Source: Takakia lepidozioides (taxonomy: Eukaryota; Plantae; Bryophyta). Taken from it: a stretch of 64,000 nt of DNA. The translations under genes were made by a program, and so were the position numbers. Below are positions 1-12,866 of this stretch, piece by piece (position 1 is the first letter of the stretch; each line of letters opens with the position of its first letter). The notes under the pieces were generated by a model. The model was not told the DNA's origin. It searched no databases and worked only from the letters and a program-made list of their open reading frames with translations. The stretch covers positions 78,368,001 to 78,432,000 of the forward strand of contig CM060731.1 of the NCBI GenBank assembly GCA_030704615.1. The letters run 5' to 3'.

Positions 1-10
1 ACAATCAACT

Positions 11-298
11 GTGAATCATCGAAGAGAGAGGACCAAAGGTACTGAAATTTACCTATACATCATTTCATGCTACATCGACATTTTTTTGTCTCCTCACATG
101 TCATTGTGTGAGAGGGTACAATCTGCTGCGAAGGTATCATTTTTTTTCAGATTGTGGAAGTTGTGGCTATTCCAGCACGAGGTGTATAATCTGAAATCCT
201 TCTTCATTAGCAGGGAAACTCATGGACTTATATGGACTTTCAAATCTTGTCAGATTTCTCTAATTCAAATTTCATTATGTTGGAAACGTCAACAATAA
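11..298 (+). pseudogene. Fragment of a probable DNA-transposon transposase (P-element-like C-terminal region)
   Basis: GTEIYLYIISCYIDIFLS..SLCERVQSAAKVSFFFRLWKLWL...YNLKSFFIS resembles a pattern recalled from P-like transposases; truncated at the gypsy junction. Confidence 0.35.
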
Positions 299-299
299 G

Positions 300-1940
300 G
301 TGTTCAGGGACAATGTCACGGTGAAGTATTTTGCCACGCAGCCTAAGTTGTCCCCAAAACAACTTAGGTGGCAAGATACTTTGGCGGTGTTCGACGTGGA
401 TATCCAGTACAAACCGGGACGGGACAACGTGGTGGCTGATGCTTTAAATAGAAAGCAACAGCTCTTGTTGGTGTACAGGGGCGAGATGGCGCTCCAAAGA
501 AGGATCCGGAAGGCTGCCGAAAGGATGAGCTGGCGAAGTCAGTGATGCAGGACTTGAGGATGGGGTAAATCGCAGTTCCACTTGCAAAATGGACTGCTCC
601 GGTATAAGCAAAAGCGTCTCTACGTGCCGAAGGGAGGGATCAGAGATAGCCTCTTGAGAGAATGCCATGATAGCCCGATTGCGGGCCACGGCGGAGCCAA
701 GCGCACTGCGGCACTCTTGAAGAAAGAGTATTTCTGGCCCAAACTGAGGGAGGAGGCAGAGGAGTATGTCAAGACATGCACCACATGCCAACAAAACTGG
801 AGCAAGTACAAAAAGCAAGCGGGGCTGTTACAACCCTTGCCGATTCCAGAGGGGACTTGGGAAAGCGTCTCGAAGGATTTCATGACTGCTATGCCGCTGT
901 CAAAAGGATTCGATGCAATCATGGTGGTGGTGGATAGGTTCAGTAAAATGGGCCATTTCATCCCCACCAAGGAGACGGTAACGGCGCAGGAAACAGGGCG
1001 ACTTTACTTCACCCACGTCTTAAAGCATCATGGAGTCCCGAAGGATATTGTTTCGGACCGCGATCCAAAGTTTACGAGTAAATTTTGGAGGGCACTTTGG
1101 AAGAAGATGGGGACGAGGCTGAAGATGAGCACCGCCTTCCGACCTACGACCGACGGCCAAACGGAAAGAGTGAATTCCATAGTGAAGCAGATCTTGCGGG
1201 ATTATGTGTCGGCAGACCAAACAAACTGGGTGGAACACTTAGATGCGGCAGAGTTCTGTTATAATAACACAGAACACTCCGCAACGGGAGTTTCCCCTTT
1301 CGTATTGGTCTATGGAAAAGCACCTCTGGTGCCGACAAGTTGGGCCGCTTAGGACGTTGAGGAACCGGCAGTAGCGGCGGTACTGGAAGAACGCGAGCGT
1401 TTGTTGAAGCTTGCAAAGTACAACATTGCCAAAGCTAGGAAACGGTATGAAAGGCAGGCGAATCGGAAGCGGAGGGAAGTGAAGTTTGAGGCAGACACGG
1501 AGGTCTGGTTGAACATCAAGAATTTCCGACTACCTCCGAAAATGAATCCAAAGTTTGTACCTCCATATGCGGGACCCTTTCGCATCCGGAAGGTTATGAA
1601 TGAGGATGTGTATGAATTGGAGCTGCCGGCAAACAGCAAGGTGCATCCAGTATTCCACGTCTCCCTTTTGAAGCCTTACTTCAAAGATGAAGCGCGTCCG
1701 AATCGGCATCAAGTGTTGCGTCCGCCACCTGTGCTGTTGGATCATGAAAATGAACCTGAGTATGAGGTGGAGGCAGTACTTAAGTCGAGGAGGTTCAAGA
1801 ACCGAGAAATGGAGTATCTCGTCAAATGGAAGGGCTATCATCATGTGGAGGCATCTTGGGTGCGTGCCTCAGAAATGAGAAACGCTTCCGAGGCGGTTGT
1901 AGTTTTCGAAGGGCGACCTCAAAAGCGGAAGAAGCGTTGA
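300..1940 (+). pseudogene. Ty3/gypsy (chromovirus) pol 3' part: RNase H end, integrase (HHCC, DDE, GPY/F) and chromodomain
   Basis: IQYKPGRDNVVADAL; CHDSPIAGHGG...CTTCQ; VVVDRFSK, IVSDRDPKF, TDGQTER; YAGPF; chromodomain EYEVEAVL..EYLVKWKGY..ASW. Frameshift near 520-580 and in-frame TAG at 1350-1352. Confidence 0.95.
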
Positions 1941-1974
1941 TGGGGACATCAACCTTGGAGCGTGGGGGAGGAAA

Positions 1975-3627
1975 TGCATGCTTAGTCCGGCTTAGCTAGC
2001 TTAGGAATCCGATTGCAAAAACTTGTATTGTACAAAAATTTGTTATAAAGGAAATGGGTTCCAAATGTTGTGCGTCATATTTTGTTTGGAATGGTGATGC
2101 ATGGTGTGGTTGGCTAGTGTGTAGAATGCATGCTAGCTTACAAAAGTGGGAGAGGTAAATTGGGTTAATCGTGTGTTTGCGCAGTGCCAAAATCGGGTGA
2201 CTCCCATCCAAGGGGCAAGGAAACTTGCGCCTTCTTTAGGAGTTCACGTGCTAGTGCGCATACTATAACTGCGCTACCGAGGGGGTTGCTTTGTAGTGCG
2301 GGCTAACGCGGAAGCTACGTGCTTCCGTTCACGTACTATAATCGTGTAGCCTCGGGACGAAGTCGTAGTGCGGCTTCGGCGTGTTCCTGTACCTCAGGCC
2401 AGCATTCCAAGGCGGACCCAATTGTAGTGATTGGGGCGCGCGGTTGGTTCAAGGTTATCTTCCTAGTCAAAGAGGGTTCGAGGTGAACCCTTGCTCAAGG
2501 TGATGCCAAAAGTGGCATCATGAGCGGTCGCAAGCAATGTTGTTGCAGTAAGGCGATTCGATCCTCGGGGAGGATCGTTCCTTGGCCTTGAAGTAGGCCA
2601 AGAAGAGTGCACTGGGAGGAGCTTGAGAGGCTCCACCCTTGGACGGGACTTGGAGGAAGTCAGCCGAACTAGCTAGTGGAGAGTAGAGTCAAGTGTGGGG
2701 TTTGGTTCTTTGCCATGGGACGCCATGATACGGAAACAAACTCCTTGATGTGGGACACCACAACTTGGATGTTTGTTTCCACAAAATGGACAAGCCAATG
2801 AGGACATCGACTCCCTGTTGGTAGGACCATCTACCCATGCAGGTTGCTAGTAGCTATTTATTCACAAGGAATCATAAGTAATCTTGTGTGTGTCGCGGCC
2901 CTTTGCCTTGAGGGCAGGGGGTCGGGACACAAGAGGGGCTGCCCCTGTGGTGGGGGCAGTGGTAGCAATAGGTATGGGGGGCTGAAGCACCCTTGAGTGC
3001 CCAAAGCACTCAAGGAGGCGGAGGCGCTCACTAGGTGGAGCCCCGCACACTGGGTTGCGGTGGGGGTGGCTCCACAAGGGGTGGTGGTAGCTTAGCGGGA
3101 CTTAGTGGGGGTGGCATAAGACTCACCCTGGGGCGGAGACCTCGTGGTGGGAGTCGTGGGGAGTCTTGGGACTCATCACGGTCCATAGGGGCCGTGGTGG
3201 GTGGGCCAAGACTCACCGCGACTCATCACCGGGAGTCGAGGGTGTTCGTGGTGGTTCGCCATAAAATGGCATGGTTGTTTGTGAAACCCCCGCGGACAGC
3301 TACAGAAGTATATATAGGGAGTAGTAACTCCGAGAACGGTGCAAGCCCGTTGGTGACCAAAAACTAGTGAGTAAGCGAGCAAGCCGGAAAGCGACCAAAG
3401 AGTGGGGAGTTGTTCCGGATTGCCAACTACCAAAGGGAATTCCACTGGTTCCAAATCGTTGGAGGGTTCTTTGGGAGATCAAAGGGGGGACCGTTATGCC
3501 CCGGTGAGCAGCCGGAGCTCCAAGTTGGCCCGGCGGCCAGGTTGGGAGTTAGGCGCGCGCATCAAGCGAGTAACTATGACTTGAGGGGGGAGCTTACCAA
3601 AGTGAGGTGCGCGACACCTGCTTTCCA
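1975..3627 (+). mobile_element. Putative 3' LTR of the chromoviral gypsy element
   Basis: Follows a polypurine tract (GTGGGGGAGGAAA, ~1962-1974); starts TG; TATA-like TATATATAGG near 3309; composition changes after ...GCTTTCCA at 3627. The 3' end is approximate because no partner LTR is in the window. Confidence 0.65.
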
Positions 3628-5409
3628 GCTTCCAGACCTTCCATCTTGATGCACTTAAGCAAGAGACAGACATACGTATCTGAATCCGCTGAAATGCCTC
3701 CTTGGTTTGGAGTCTGTAGAGCCTTTGTCAAACTGCCTGCTGCATAAAATATCTTCACATGCCCAGAAGTGCCAGAAGAGGCATTGTGGACTCCCTCTCT
3801 TGATCCTCTTTCAGAAGCTGTGGTCATGGTTGAGGTGCCTGATTCTATCAACTGTGCCGCTGCAGCTGCTGCCTTTAGTTGACCATCTACCCATGCACTA
3901 TCCCTGCTCCTTCAGCTATCCATGCCTCTGCACAAATCATACATACATCCTTGCCTTGCTGCTATCAGTTGACAATGACAGCCTAGATTTGTTCTAGGAA
4001 ACACCCAACTCAACTTATCACACTAGTTCCTATGCTTAATTGCATCTACTACTCTTTGTCAGGCATTCACCTTTTGACTCCATTGTCCCACCATTGACTG
4101 GGGTCAGAAAAGTATTCATTCCACAGCCTCTCCTTGTCTCTGTTACCTGTTTCTGGATACTTCCCTGTTGTCACATTGGCAGTATTATGTCAAAGTCACT
4201 CCAAACTAGATAACCTCAACCAGCTAACTTGCAGAATTCAACATGGAAATTTAGGGCAGATTCTGATAAGAGGGAAAAACAGGGTGAAATGTGTTGAAGA
4301 AAGCAGTGCCTGATTTTATCAATTGTGTCACAATATCACTGGGTAATTCTTGATGAGGGTGTTCTCAAGGCACCTCTACCATCAAAGTGTGGCTGTTGGT
4401 CCTTCAGCTGGCATCTGTGAGGAAATTGTCGCAGAAGCAGAAACTAGAAATGGCGTTATAATATATGCTTGATATATCACTGCTTATGGAATCGGGAGAC
4501 TTGCCTTGTATCTGGATCTGTTAACATGATTTGCAAATGAAGTATCTGATGTATACCATGTCTGAAATCTAAATGTGCCCTATCTCTTATGAATCCTTTT
4601 CAAGGAATCGAGCTTCTCCTCAGCCAGAATGGAGCTGTTTCTGAGGAGCTGGACTTCTGACGAGAACTGGGTAGTGAGGTAGCACGATCACTTGCTCACC
4701 CACACCATGAAGCCCGGTGGTGAATTCTACCCAGTTTTGTTTCTGCATCTGAACACAACCTGACATACCCTTCGTGCTCATGGAAAATCAATCACGGAGA
4801 CTCACTGTACGGGTCTGAAACAAGGAAGTAAGGTGTAATCTAAGCTGCATTTTTCTTCTTTCCCACCCAATCATGAGTGAAAGCTTCCGATTCCGTCTGC
4901 AAGAAACTCCTCCCCATTTATTGTCTTTTCGAATCATAGGTAATCTGGAGCTTGAAATCCGGCTTTTGGATGAATCTGGACCCACACTCGATCCCTGCTC
5001 CTTCAACTATCCATGCCTGTGCTTGCAAGGTGAACGATGGCGGAAAACGCAAAGCTCCTGCAGTTCAAGAAGATGAAGATCCGGGCATTGCAGGCAGTTC
5101 CAAAAACGTTGGCGCGGCGATTTCTATTGGCCTATTTCGCGCGGGCAGTCCGGGCAGATTCCAAAGAAATTGACGACGACGATGACTTGTCTACGATGAC
5201 CTGTCTATGATGACGTGGCTACGATGACATGGCGACAAAACTTGGCGACGATGACGTGGCACTATGTCACCCTATTCCTGCTCTACGCTAAACTAGCTTC
5301 CGACCTTCGGTTGTCGCTAGAACTAGGGCTTCGCGTTGCTCCGCAGTACTAGCGACGAATTCTGAGAACCAAGTTCAATTTTTCACAAAAAAGGGTCATC
5401 CCCACGGTG
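3628..5409. repeat. Dispersed repeat block ending in a DNA-transposon-like terminus with subterminal ACGATGAC(G/C/A)TG repeats
   Basis: 3830-4300 and 4880-5030 are reverse-complement homologues of 52130-52370 and 53720-54430; a GC-rich motif array at 5170-5260 ends ...GGGTCATCCCCACGGTG at 5409. Confidence 0.55.
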
Positions 5410-5779
5410 TTACATGCAGAGATCCCGTGTTTTGTTTTGTCTGGAAGAAAAATGGCGGATCTGCATTTCAATGTTCAATTTTCACAAGCCGCATCAATCA
5501 ATAACAACATACCCAAATACCCTTACATTCACTATATGAACTTTCAAGCATCCACCGTGGGATTGGATCTTGGTGGGTTAAGGCTAGATTTTGACAATAT
5601 TCATGCAAGTTCGTCAAGGGCTCCATCCAAAGCCACACCACGAGAAACAAACAAACATGTCCAAATTTAAGATGCGGAACAAACTTGTGCACATGACTGC
5701 CCCTCTCATCAAGCTCATTAAAATTCGTATTCACTTCCATCTTCAAGCTTTGGAGAAGCTCCACCACCCAAACCCAGAA

Positions 5780-5975
5780 TTATAGCAACACATAAGTCGC
5801 GACATCCTGTTCATCCCAATTGAGGATAGATGTTGCCACACATTCAACCATCTCCACATTGCCAGGGATTCTGCAGGCACCAAGCAAGGCCTTCCACACC
5901 ACAACATCTGGATTGATTCGCATTTTATTAATCAGGTACCTTGCCTCATGTAGTTGTCCCGCACGCAGAGTGTAC
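5780..5975 (-). pseudogene. PLS-class PPR gene fragment (last repeat and E domain)
   Basis: RAGQLHEARYLINKM..PDVVVWKALLGACRIPGNVEM...DVATYVLL*; cut by the element terminus at 5978. Confidence 0.85.
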
Positions 5976-6544
5976 GGGGGATGCTTCCGCGTGAGCGTAT
6001 GAGCGTGAGCATGTGAGCGCGTGAGCGTAGCTAGGCTCACGCCATGTCAGCAGTTATTATCACGTTGGCACACGGGTCTGACGCCACGTCAACAGACCTT
6101 GCCAGCGTGGTTGACGCCACGTCATTTCCATAGGCATGGACCTATAACCGTGGGCCGAATAGGCAGAAGAGTGCCTATAGCCGCGGATTTGTGCATTCGG
6201 CACATAGGGAACCATATGTGGGCGACGAGGCGTAATGAGGATGAAGGAGAGTCAGCACGCTCCGAATATGGATGAATGTGGATGAAAAGTTGTGGATGAA
6301 TGTGGATATATGAGAGTGGATGAATGTTGAATGAGGATGTCATTCTAACATTTATCTGAACCAAGCACAACAATCAATGTCGTTTGCACAAACATCACAA
6401 ATTGGAGAAAATCCCTCATGAAGCACATGATAAGATTTAATCCATGATGTCTGCCATTTGGGGAAAGATAGACTGATGAAAACAACGTAGAATAAGACAA
6501 CACATCAGATGTGACACAGATATTTGATTTTTTTATTTTCTCCT

Positions 6545-6957
6545 ACTGGTTACTGCAACATTCCACTGTGCAGTACGCTCCACTATCGCTTTCCTCTTTA
6601 GTGTCGACACATTGTGAGCCATTTCAGCACCATACTTCCTGCAACACACCAGATCACCATCCTAAACTGGCACTGGACTGAAAATGCGACCTAGTCGCCT
6701 TGCCAGTGAGGTACAATCTGCTCATCTCTCTTGAGAGAGCACTGAAATTTTCAAGCTTATTCATTAGTTGTAAGCATACCCATTAGTTGTAACAACATAT
6801 TAGAAGATGAATTTGGCTACCGGTTGTGCATGAGGAGGAGTTTTAGGTCTTTCACATTGTGCACCAAAAATTTGACGAAACCACTAGGCAACACATGCTT
6901 TGTCTTCTTGTTTGACCCATAACCAATGTTAGGCATTTGTGTGGTGCCCTTGAACAT
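6545..6957 (-). pseudogene. RPL32: Captured intron-containing fragment of the 60S ribosomal protein L32 gene
   Basis: [45 protein letters not shown], then an intron, then [30 protein letters not shown]. Confidence 0.9.
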
Positions 6958-7106
6958 ATGAGGCTGAGCATGAACAGAGATGTCGTGCAAAGGAATAGTT
7001 TCCAATATCTTGCCACCCAAATTACATGTATTGCATTAGCTAATGTGAAAGGCATAGGGGGGGGGGGGGCACATGCTATAACTGGGAAGCGAAGACCAAA
7101 CGAACT

Positions 7107-7870
7107 TACTCACATGTGAAATCGTCGTCGAGGTCCTTGTCGTCTCCCTCATTGATATCGACATGCACTACAATCTCCTGCTCTTTGGCAGCAGGCATTG
7201 GCCCTTGCAACTCTTGGAGGCTCAGTAAAATGGCTGCATCCCCTTCCATATCCAACAAATGCCGGCCCGCTGCCTTGCAAGCATGGTACGAAGCTCTTGC
7301 AAGACACAGTTGTGTTACTAAGATGTTACAAATTGTGTATTAAGGGAAAAAAAACCACAGAAGGAGAGATGTCAAACATGTTCCAAGAGTCAGATCGACG
7401 ATGCACGCCCCCGGATGGGAATGTGTCTCAATAACAGTTTGAATAAAAGTTGGACTCTTCTCCTTGGCCCCTCTCCATGGTGTTCCATTTGACTTTCTCA
7501 AACAGACATTCGAATCCACGTAATTGTTCATGAAACAACCTCTCCTATGAAGCCTGAACTCCTTCACTACAGCAAGAGTCGAAGAAGGGTGCACCTTGAC
7601 GAGACAGATGGCTTCAAAAAGACGGGTCTGCACTGAAGACAACACGAAGCACAAATGAACGAATGCATACAAAAGGGCAAAAGAACAGTGCAAAAGAACA
7701 GTGCAACTTCACCCCTTCAGAATTGAGTGCATTGACGCACTCAATTCTGGATGGGTGAACAGAAAAATGAAATGAAGCAGACAAGAGAAGAATGCTACCC
7801 TTTATCGGAGTGGAGGATTACCATTTGTCCCGAACAGTCCCCCTTCGTCAGGTATAAGCTGTTGACACCA
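7107..7870 (-). pseudogene. C-terminal exons of a DNA amino-methyltransferase-like gene (paralog of exons 7-9 of the 58.5-63.8 kb gene)
   Basis: GVNSLYLTKG..GQM | TRLFEAICL...NGTPWRGAKEKSPTFIQTVIETHSHPGACIVDLTLGT | ASYHACKAAGRHLLDMEGD...DDDFTCE*; an acceptor is mutated to CAA; ParB domain and motif IV are deleted. Confidence 0.85.
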
Positions 7871-8832
7871 TCCCACCATTCTTGGCTGCCAACAGACATG
7901 TCCATACAGACACCAAAAGAGGAATCGCCCCCCCCCCCAAAAAAAAAAACCGGAAGCTAATCTCAATGGAAGGACAGACAAAACATCAGGTACTAGACTC
8001 TCTGAAATTGAGCACGTCAACGCACTCAGTTGTGAAGGGTTTTGATTTGCCCAATGGAAGTAAGCGTGTCCAGACAGGCAACAAACATGAACTACCCTCC
8101 AAAACTAGAAGCATGACTCAAGGGGGACGAACCACAGCTGCGTTTGTGGCCCTCTGAAACTGTGTGCGTCAACGCACTCAATTTTGGAGGACCACAAGTG
8201 GAAAATAAAAAAATATATATAAAAAAAAATAAAAAAATGTGTACATATATATATATATTGGGGGGGGGGGGGTTCTCCTTCCTTTTCTGCCTAAAACTGA
8301 GTGCGTCAACGCACCCAATTTCTTCACTCATAAAAGAGCTCCGTAAACGCATTCAATTTTTGACGTTTGAAAGACGTCTCTCACTACTCAGACTTCCCGG
8401 ACCTTTCTTCATAGATTAGGGAAAGCAGAGACCGAAGGATGAGAGAAGGGCATTGAGAGAACCCTCAGAAATTGCATGCGTCAACGCACTCAATTTTGAG
8501 GGGGTTCTCTTTCTCCCCTTCATTCACCTCTCTTGATAATACAGTGAGAGAAGTGCAGGGTGTGACAGTGCGAGAACATGCAATTTTTTGGGATGCTCGC
8601 ATTGTCCTTCTCTCATCCTTCGGTCTCTGCGGTTCAGAAAATGTGGACAGCTATGTGCAGAATGAAAGGTCCAGTGAAAGGACATGTCTGAATTGAGAGC
8701 ACCCTGTTTTCTCTGTCGTCTACACTTCTATGAGCCCTCATACAGATCCGACAATGCTAACACATAATGCTGACACAGAAAACAGAAGTAAAGAGGGCAT
8801 AAAAACTGCGTGGGTCAACGAATGCAATTTTC
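7718..8832. repeat. Array of ~7 palindromes AATTGAGTGCGT(C/T)(A/G)ACGCACTCAATT (copy A type)
   Basis: Copies near 7720, 8005, 8158, 8293 and 8469; degenerate copies near 8337 and 8802. Confidence 0.9.
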
Positions 8833-9885
8833 ATGCCTTCTCCACTGCCCACAATCAAGAGAAATGAGAGAATCACCTTCGGTCCTTTGGGAGGAGCACT
8901 CCCAGATGCCTCTGCTTGAGCCACAATCGCAGCCGTCCTCCCCATCTGTGCAGCCTTCTTCCCCTTCGGCTTTGCTTCCTCAAAAGGGTGTCGGGCTCCT
9001 CTGTGTCCATGTCGTCCAGGTCGCCCTCTGTTGCTGTTTCCTCCCCTCATTCACCAGCTTCTCCGCGCGGCTGGTCTTCCTCCGCCATGTGCTCTGTTTC
9101 CAGGGCCGCGCTCTCCTCTGTTATCTCCTTCACCGTCATGTTGAGATTGCGACCTCTCATTCTCTCTCTTGCCTTCTTCTTGTCTCTCGCTGAAGTGAAA
9201 AAGGAAGACTATCTTCTACGCCTTCCACTCTCTTGCTAGGAACTCAGTCTCCTGCTACTCTCCAGCTTGAAAATCACGAACTACTAAGCTGCGAGACGTC
9301 GTGCGATTAGTACCAGCCGGGGCCTCGATCTCGTTATACATGTGTTCACGGCATACGTGTCCACCTCGCAAAGGCACATTTGTCCTTTCGGCAGTGGCCG
9401 CCGTCTTGAACTAGTTAGGTATGGCCATTACTAGTACTATTGCTTGGTGATAGATTCGATTTGGATGGATGAGTTATTAGGCTAGCTTTTGCCGGTTTTT
9501 CCCGGTTTGAAATCTTCATATGTGGCACAACATGCCACGTATCATTGGTTCTCCGCCAAATTTTCTGCAACCCTACACTCAATATTGCATTGTCGGATTC
9601 CACGTGCCTCAACAAGTTGGGATGACATTAGATTCCAATACTTTCGTCTCCGCCATCTTTTCACTTGGGTCGGTACAGGCACATAACTGCTTAACAACTG
9701 TTTTTGGAAGACTCTTTAACGGTATGTCAGCTTTTCAAATATCTGGGTTTAGGCTCAACCTTCCATATTAACGGTTGGGACATAGAAGACGATGACAGGA
9801 TGGCCTCGTTAGTATCGGTGCGAACTCTAACGGCGTAGAAATGTAATCCCCACTGTCGTTTGTAACAAGAATCCACACACAAGTC

Positions 9886-10664
9886 ATGGGACTATGCACT
9901 TTGAGGCTTCCAGTGGCTCAAAATTTCTCGTGCACCAGCATGGGTTCCTCTGAAGTGGAGTTTTACTCTGTCGAGAAACCTGTCCAATTCTTGAAGGATG
10001 CCGATGACAATGGTTTTGCAATTGCGGAGGAACATCTCCTAGCAACACGTTTCGAGTACCAGATTGGCATTGTCTTCCTCGAAAGAGAGGTTTACGGTAT
10101 CGACGGGAAGTTGATCAAATATGAGCTCTATAGCAACAAACGAGATACCGGGAGTTCTTGCGGGGTGGCATTGGTGGCAATGGTCCCGACAAGTCTGAGT
10201 TGATGTTGCAAGCTACAAGAAGATCGGGGGATCCCAACAAGATAGCCAAGGCTGTCAGCATGTGTGCGGAGGGAGCTCCTTTGGTGTCTAGAGTTCTGCA
10301 TCTGAAGGGCGAGGAGAGATTCGGCTCTTATAAACAAAAATTGAACACCCCTCCCGGTTTGGATGCAGACTCGCACAGGCCGGACAGGGACAACTTCTCC
10401 ACTCCGCGTGTTCCATTGCATCAGAGATTTGTTTCCGGAATGTCTAGTGCAGAGGAACTTCTTACAAAGCCAGACCCAGGTATCTCCCACTGTCAATGCA
10501 ATGGGGTGCAAGAGTTGAACGTCCTCCCCAATGTGATGGAGTCCATGTGCCTTGACGAAGTCTGGCACATAGAACGCACCAGTGATGGGTCTCGAGTGAA
10601 GTGCACGGCGATCAGGGCCACCAATCGTGAGAAGTGCAAGTCCTCCATATCCAGAGGCTTAAAA
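9886..10664 (+). pseudogene. MULE transposase remnants: putative N-terminal segment fused by deletion to the post-DDE segment
   Basis: FLEREVYGIDGKLIKYEL matches LLEMEVYDANGKLLKYAF at ~57150; GGNGPDKSELMLQATRRSG...HLKGEERFGS.KQKL.TPPG.DADSHR.D...EVWHIERTS matches 49842-50376. Confidence 0.8.
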
Positions 10665-12866
10665 TCTCCTTAATTATATACGACCGCCAAATATTGGCGG
10701 TCACTCGAGAGGCGGACAATGCTAGAGCAAATTTGGAACCAGCAAATCGTAAAGATAATGAAAACTAAAATGGTATGAATGCAGACAACTCTCCAACTTT
10801 CTTGTTTTCTTGTAATGTTTTAAATCTCAATGACTTTGAATGATGGATAAAAAATAGTTGTTCTACTCAATTGTAATGTTGTTCATTCTTCTAGCCAAAA
10901 TAAATTTTGTATGAATAAATTCTGTTAGAGTGGTTGGGATTTAAAAAAAAACCTTTTGCTTAGTAATACTTGCAAGTTTTCATATAACCTCCTAAACACT
11001 TTTCCATTTTTTTTTTTGGATTGGTTTGGATTTTTTACTGACATTTTTATAGGTCCTAAATGTTACTCTTTCATAATATTTGTTTCTTATCTAATATACT
11101 TTAGCTTAACATAAGCCCAGTACCACAAAAATATCTTTGTAATGTTTGAAGCTTGACACTCGGAATTAATTGTTTTTTCTAACTTTGAGGTTGCATACTA
11201 GAGTGGTTGGAATATTTAATTGAAAATTTGTATAGGTCCTAAATCACCCTTATCATTCATATTTTTGCCGGAGACTTAACCCTATAGCCTTAATCCTATA
11301 GCCTAAAACGTAGTTGCTACATTTGAAGCTCAATTAATTGCATTTTCCAGCTTACATGTATGACAGAGTCATCGAGATATGTACTTGGAAATTCTTACTC
11401 TTTCATATGTTTTTTACTTGAAGTACTTTTGTTTATCCGAAACCCTATACCGCAAAACCTCATTCAAATGTTTGAAGTTCATTCAAATCAATTTTTGAGC
11501 TTTGGGTATAATATAAATTACAATGGTTAGAATATTATATTGACTTCATTGTTGAATGTTTTAAGAATTATAGGTCCTAAACATTCATGCATATTTTTAT
11601 GTGGTTCATACTTTTATTTTTTATAAATTTTATGCCCCTACAACCTTATATCCATGTTTGAAGCTTCTTAAGAAAGCAAATTCCTACTTTGGAATACAAT
11701 ACATTCAAGGTTGGGATATTTGATTGAAATTTTTTATAGGCTCCAAACACTGTTGTTGTTTTTTGAAAGTTTTTATAGGACCTCGTACACAAACTATCTC
11801 TTCCATATTAGTTTCTCATTGATATTTTTGTTTCCACCTCATATCCATGTTTAAAAGCCCAAGTCCCGTTTTTGTGTTTTTTTTGTTTGTTTTTTTTTTC
11901 CTCCCATTTCTAAATTTTTCAGCTTTGGGGTACAATAGAGTGGGGATGTGGTCGGAACAAATTTTAATCCAAACATGTATAAGATTGAATTAGCTCATTA
12001 AAACAATTGCTTAGTACTACTTGGTAGCAATTTTGTATGGAACTTCCTTATAAGCACTTTTCAACCCTTTGTTTACATTGAATAGTTTTTTTTTTTTTTT
12101 TTTTTGGCTAGTACTAAGCTTTGGGGACTTAGTCTATAGAATTTTACGATATTTAATTGAGAGATTTTATATGTCTTAATTACTCTTGTAAATTTGTTTG
12201 TCATTGAATAGTACCAAATTTGCTTACCCTAAATCCTAGTATGTCACCCTAAAAATCTTTTTTGATTGTTTGAAGTTCACTATTTTTTTTTTCTCATTGA
12301 CTCACTTTATAATAAGATAAAGTGGTCTGGATTTTTAATTGATATTTTTGTAGATCCTAAGTTCCATTCTTTCATATTTGTTCTTACCTATACTTTAGCT
12401 TAATAGCCTAAGCCCAGTACCCCAAAAAATATCGTTGTAATGTTTGAAGCTCACTCAAAAATTTCTTTTCTAACTTTGGGTTGCATACTACTAAGAGTTG
12501 TTGGAACATTTAATTAAAATTTTGTATTGGTCTAAAGAGTATCCCATTATTTGTACCATTCACACTTTTGCTTGTTCTAAACCCTAGTATACCCTAAAAC
12601 GTAGTTTTTACATTTGAAGCTCATTGATTCATTTTATTCTAGCTTATATGTATGATAGAGTCCTGGGGATGTTTACTTGGAAATTCTTATATGTTTTACA
12701 CACTCGTCCAATTTTATTTTGTACTTGATAGTACTTTTACTTCTCCAAACCCCTATAACCTAAACCTCATTTAAATATTTGAAGTTCATTCAAATCATTT
12801 TTTCAGCTTTGGGTCCGAGTTTAAAAAATCTAATGGCAGTGCATTCTGCATTGCGGAATGCACTAG
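10665..12866 (+). mobile_element. Probable non-autonomous Helitron filled with a degenerate ~170-bp AT-rich tandem repeat
   Basis: 5' a|TCTCCTTAATTATATA; 3' hairpin GTGCATTC-TGCATTGCG-GAATGCAC ending CTAG (followed by A, not the canonical T); TTTGAAG(C/T)T recurs every ~150-190 bp. Confidence 0.5.

Larger units (their letters stand above)
5978..10664. mobile_element. MULE copy A: internally deleted member of the ParB-MTase MULE family, carrying a captured RPL32 fragment
   Basis: Terminus GGGATGCTTCCGCGTGAGC matches 57509 and 48536; GGATGAAT subterminal repeats as at 57730-58040; MTase exons on - strand, transposase fragments on + strand. Confidence 0.8.

Noticed and set aside
1350-1352. Programmed stop read-through in the gypsy integrase
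   Set aside because: The element is 5'-truncated and frameshifted; a decay mutation is the simpler explanation
2862-3649. Short ORFs in the G-rich LTR region
   Set aside because: No recognisable domains; by-product of GC-rich LTR sequence
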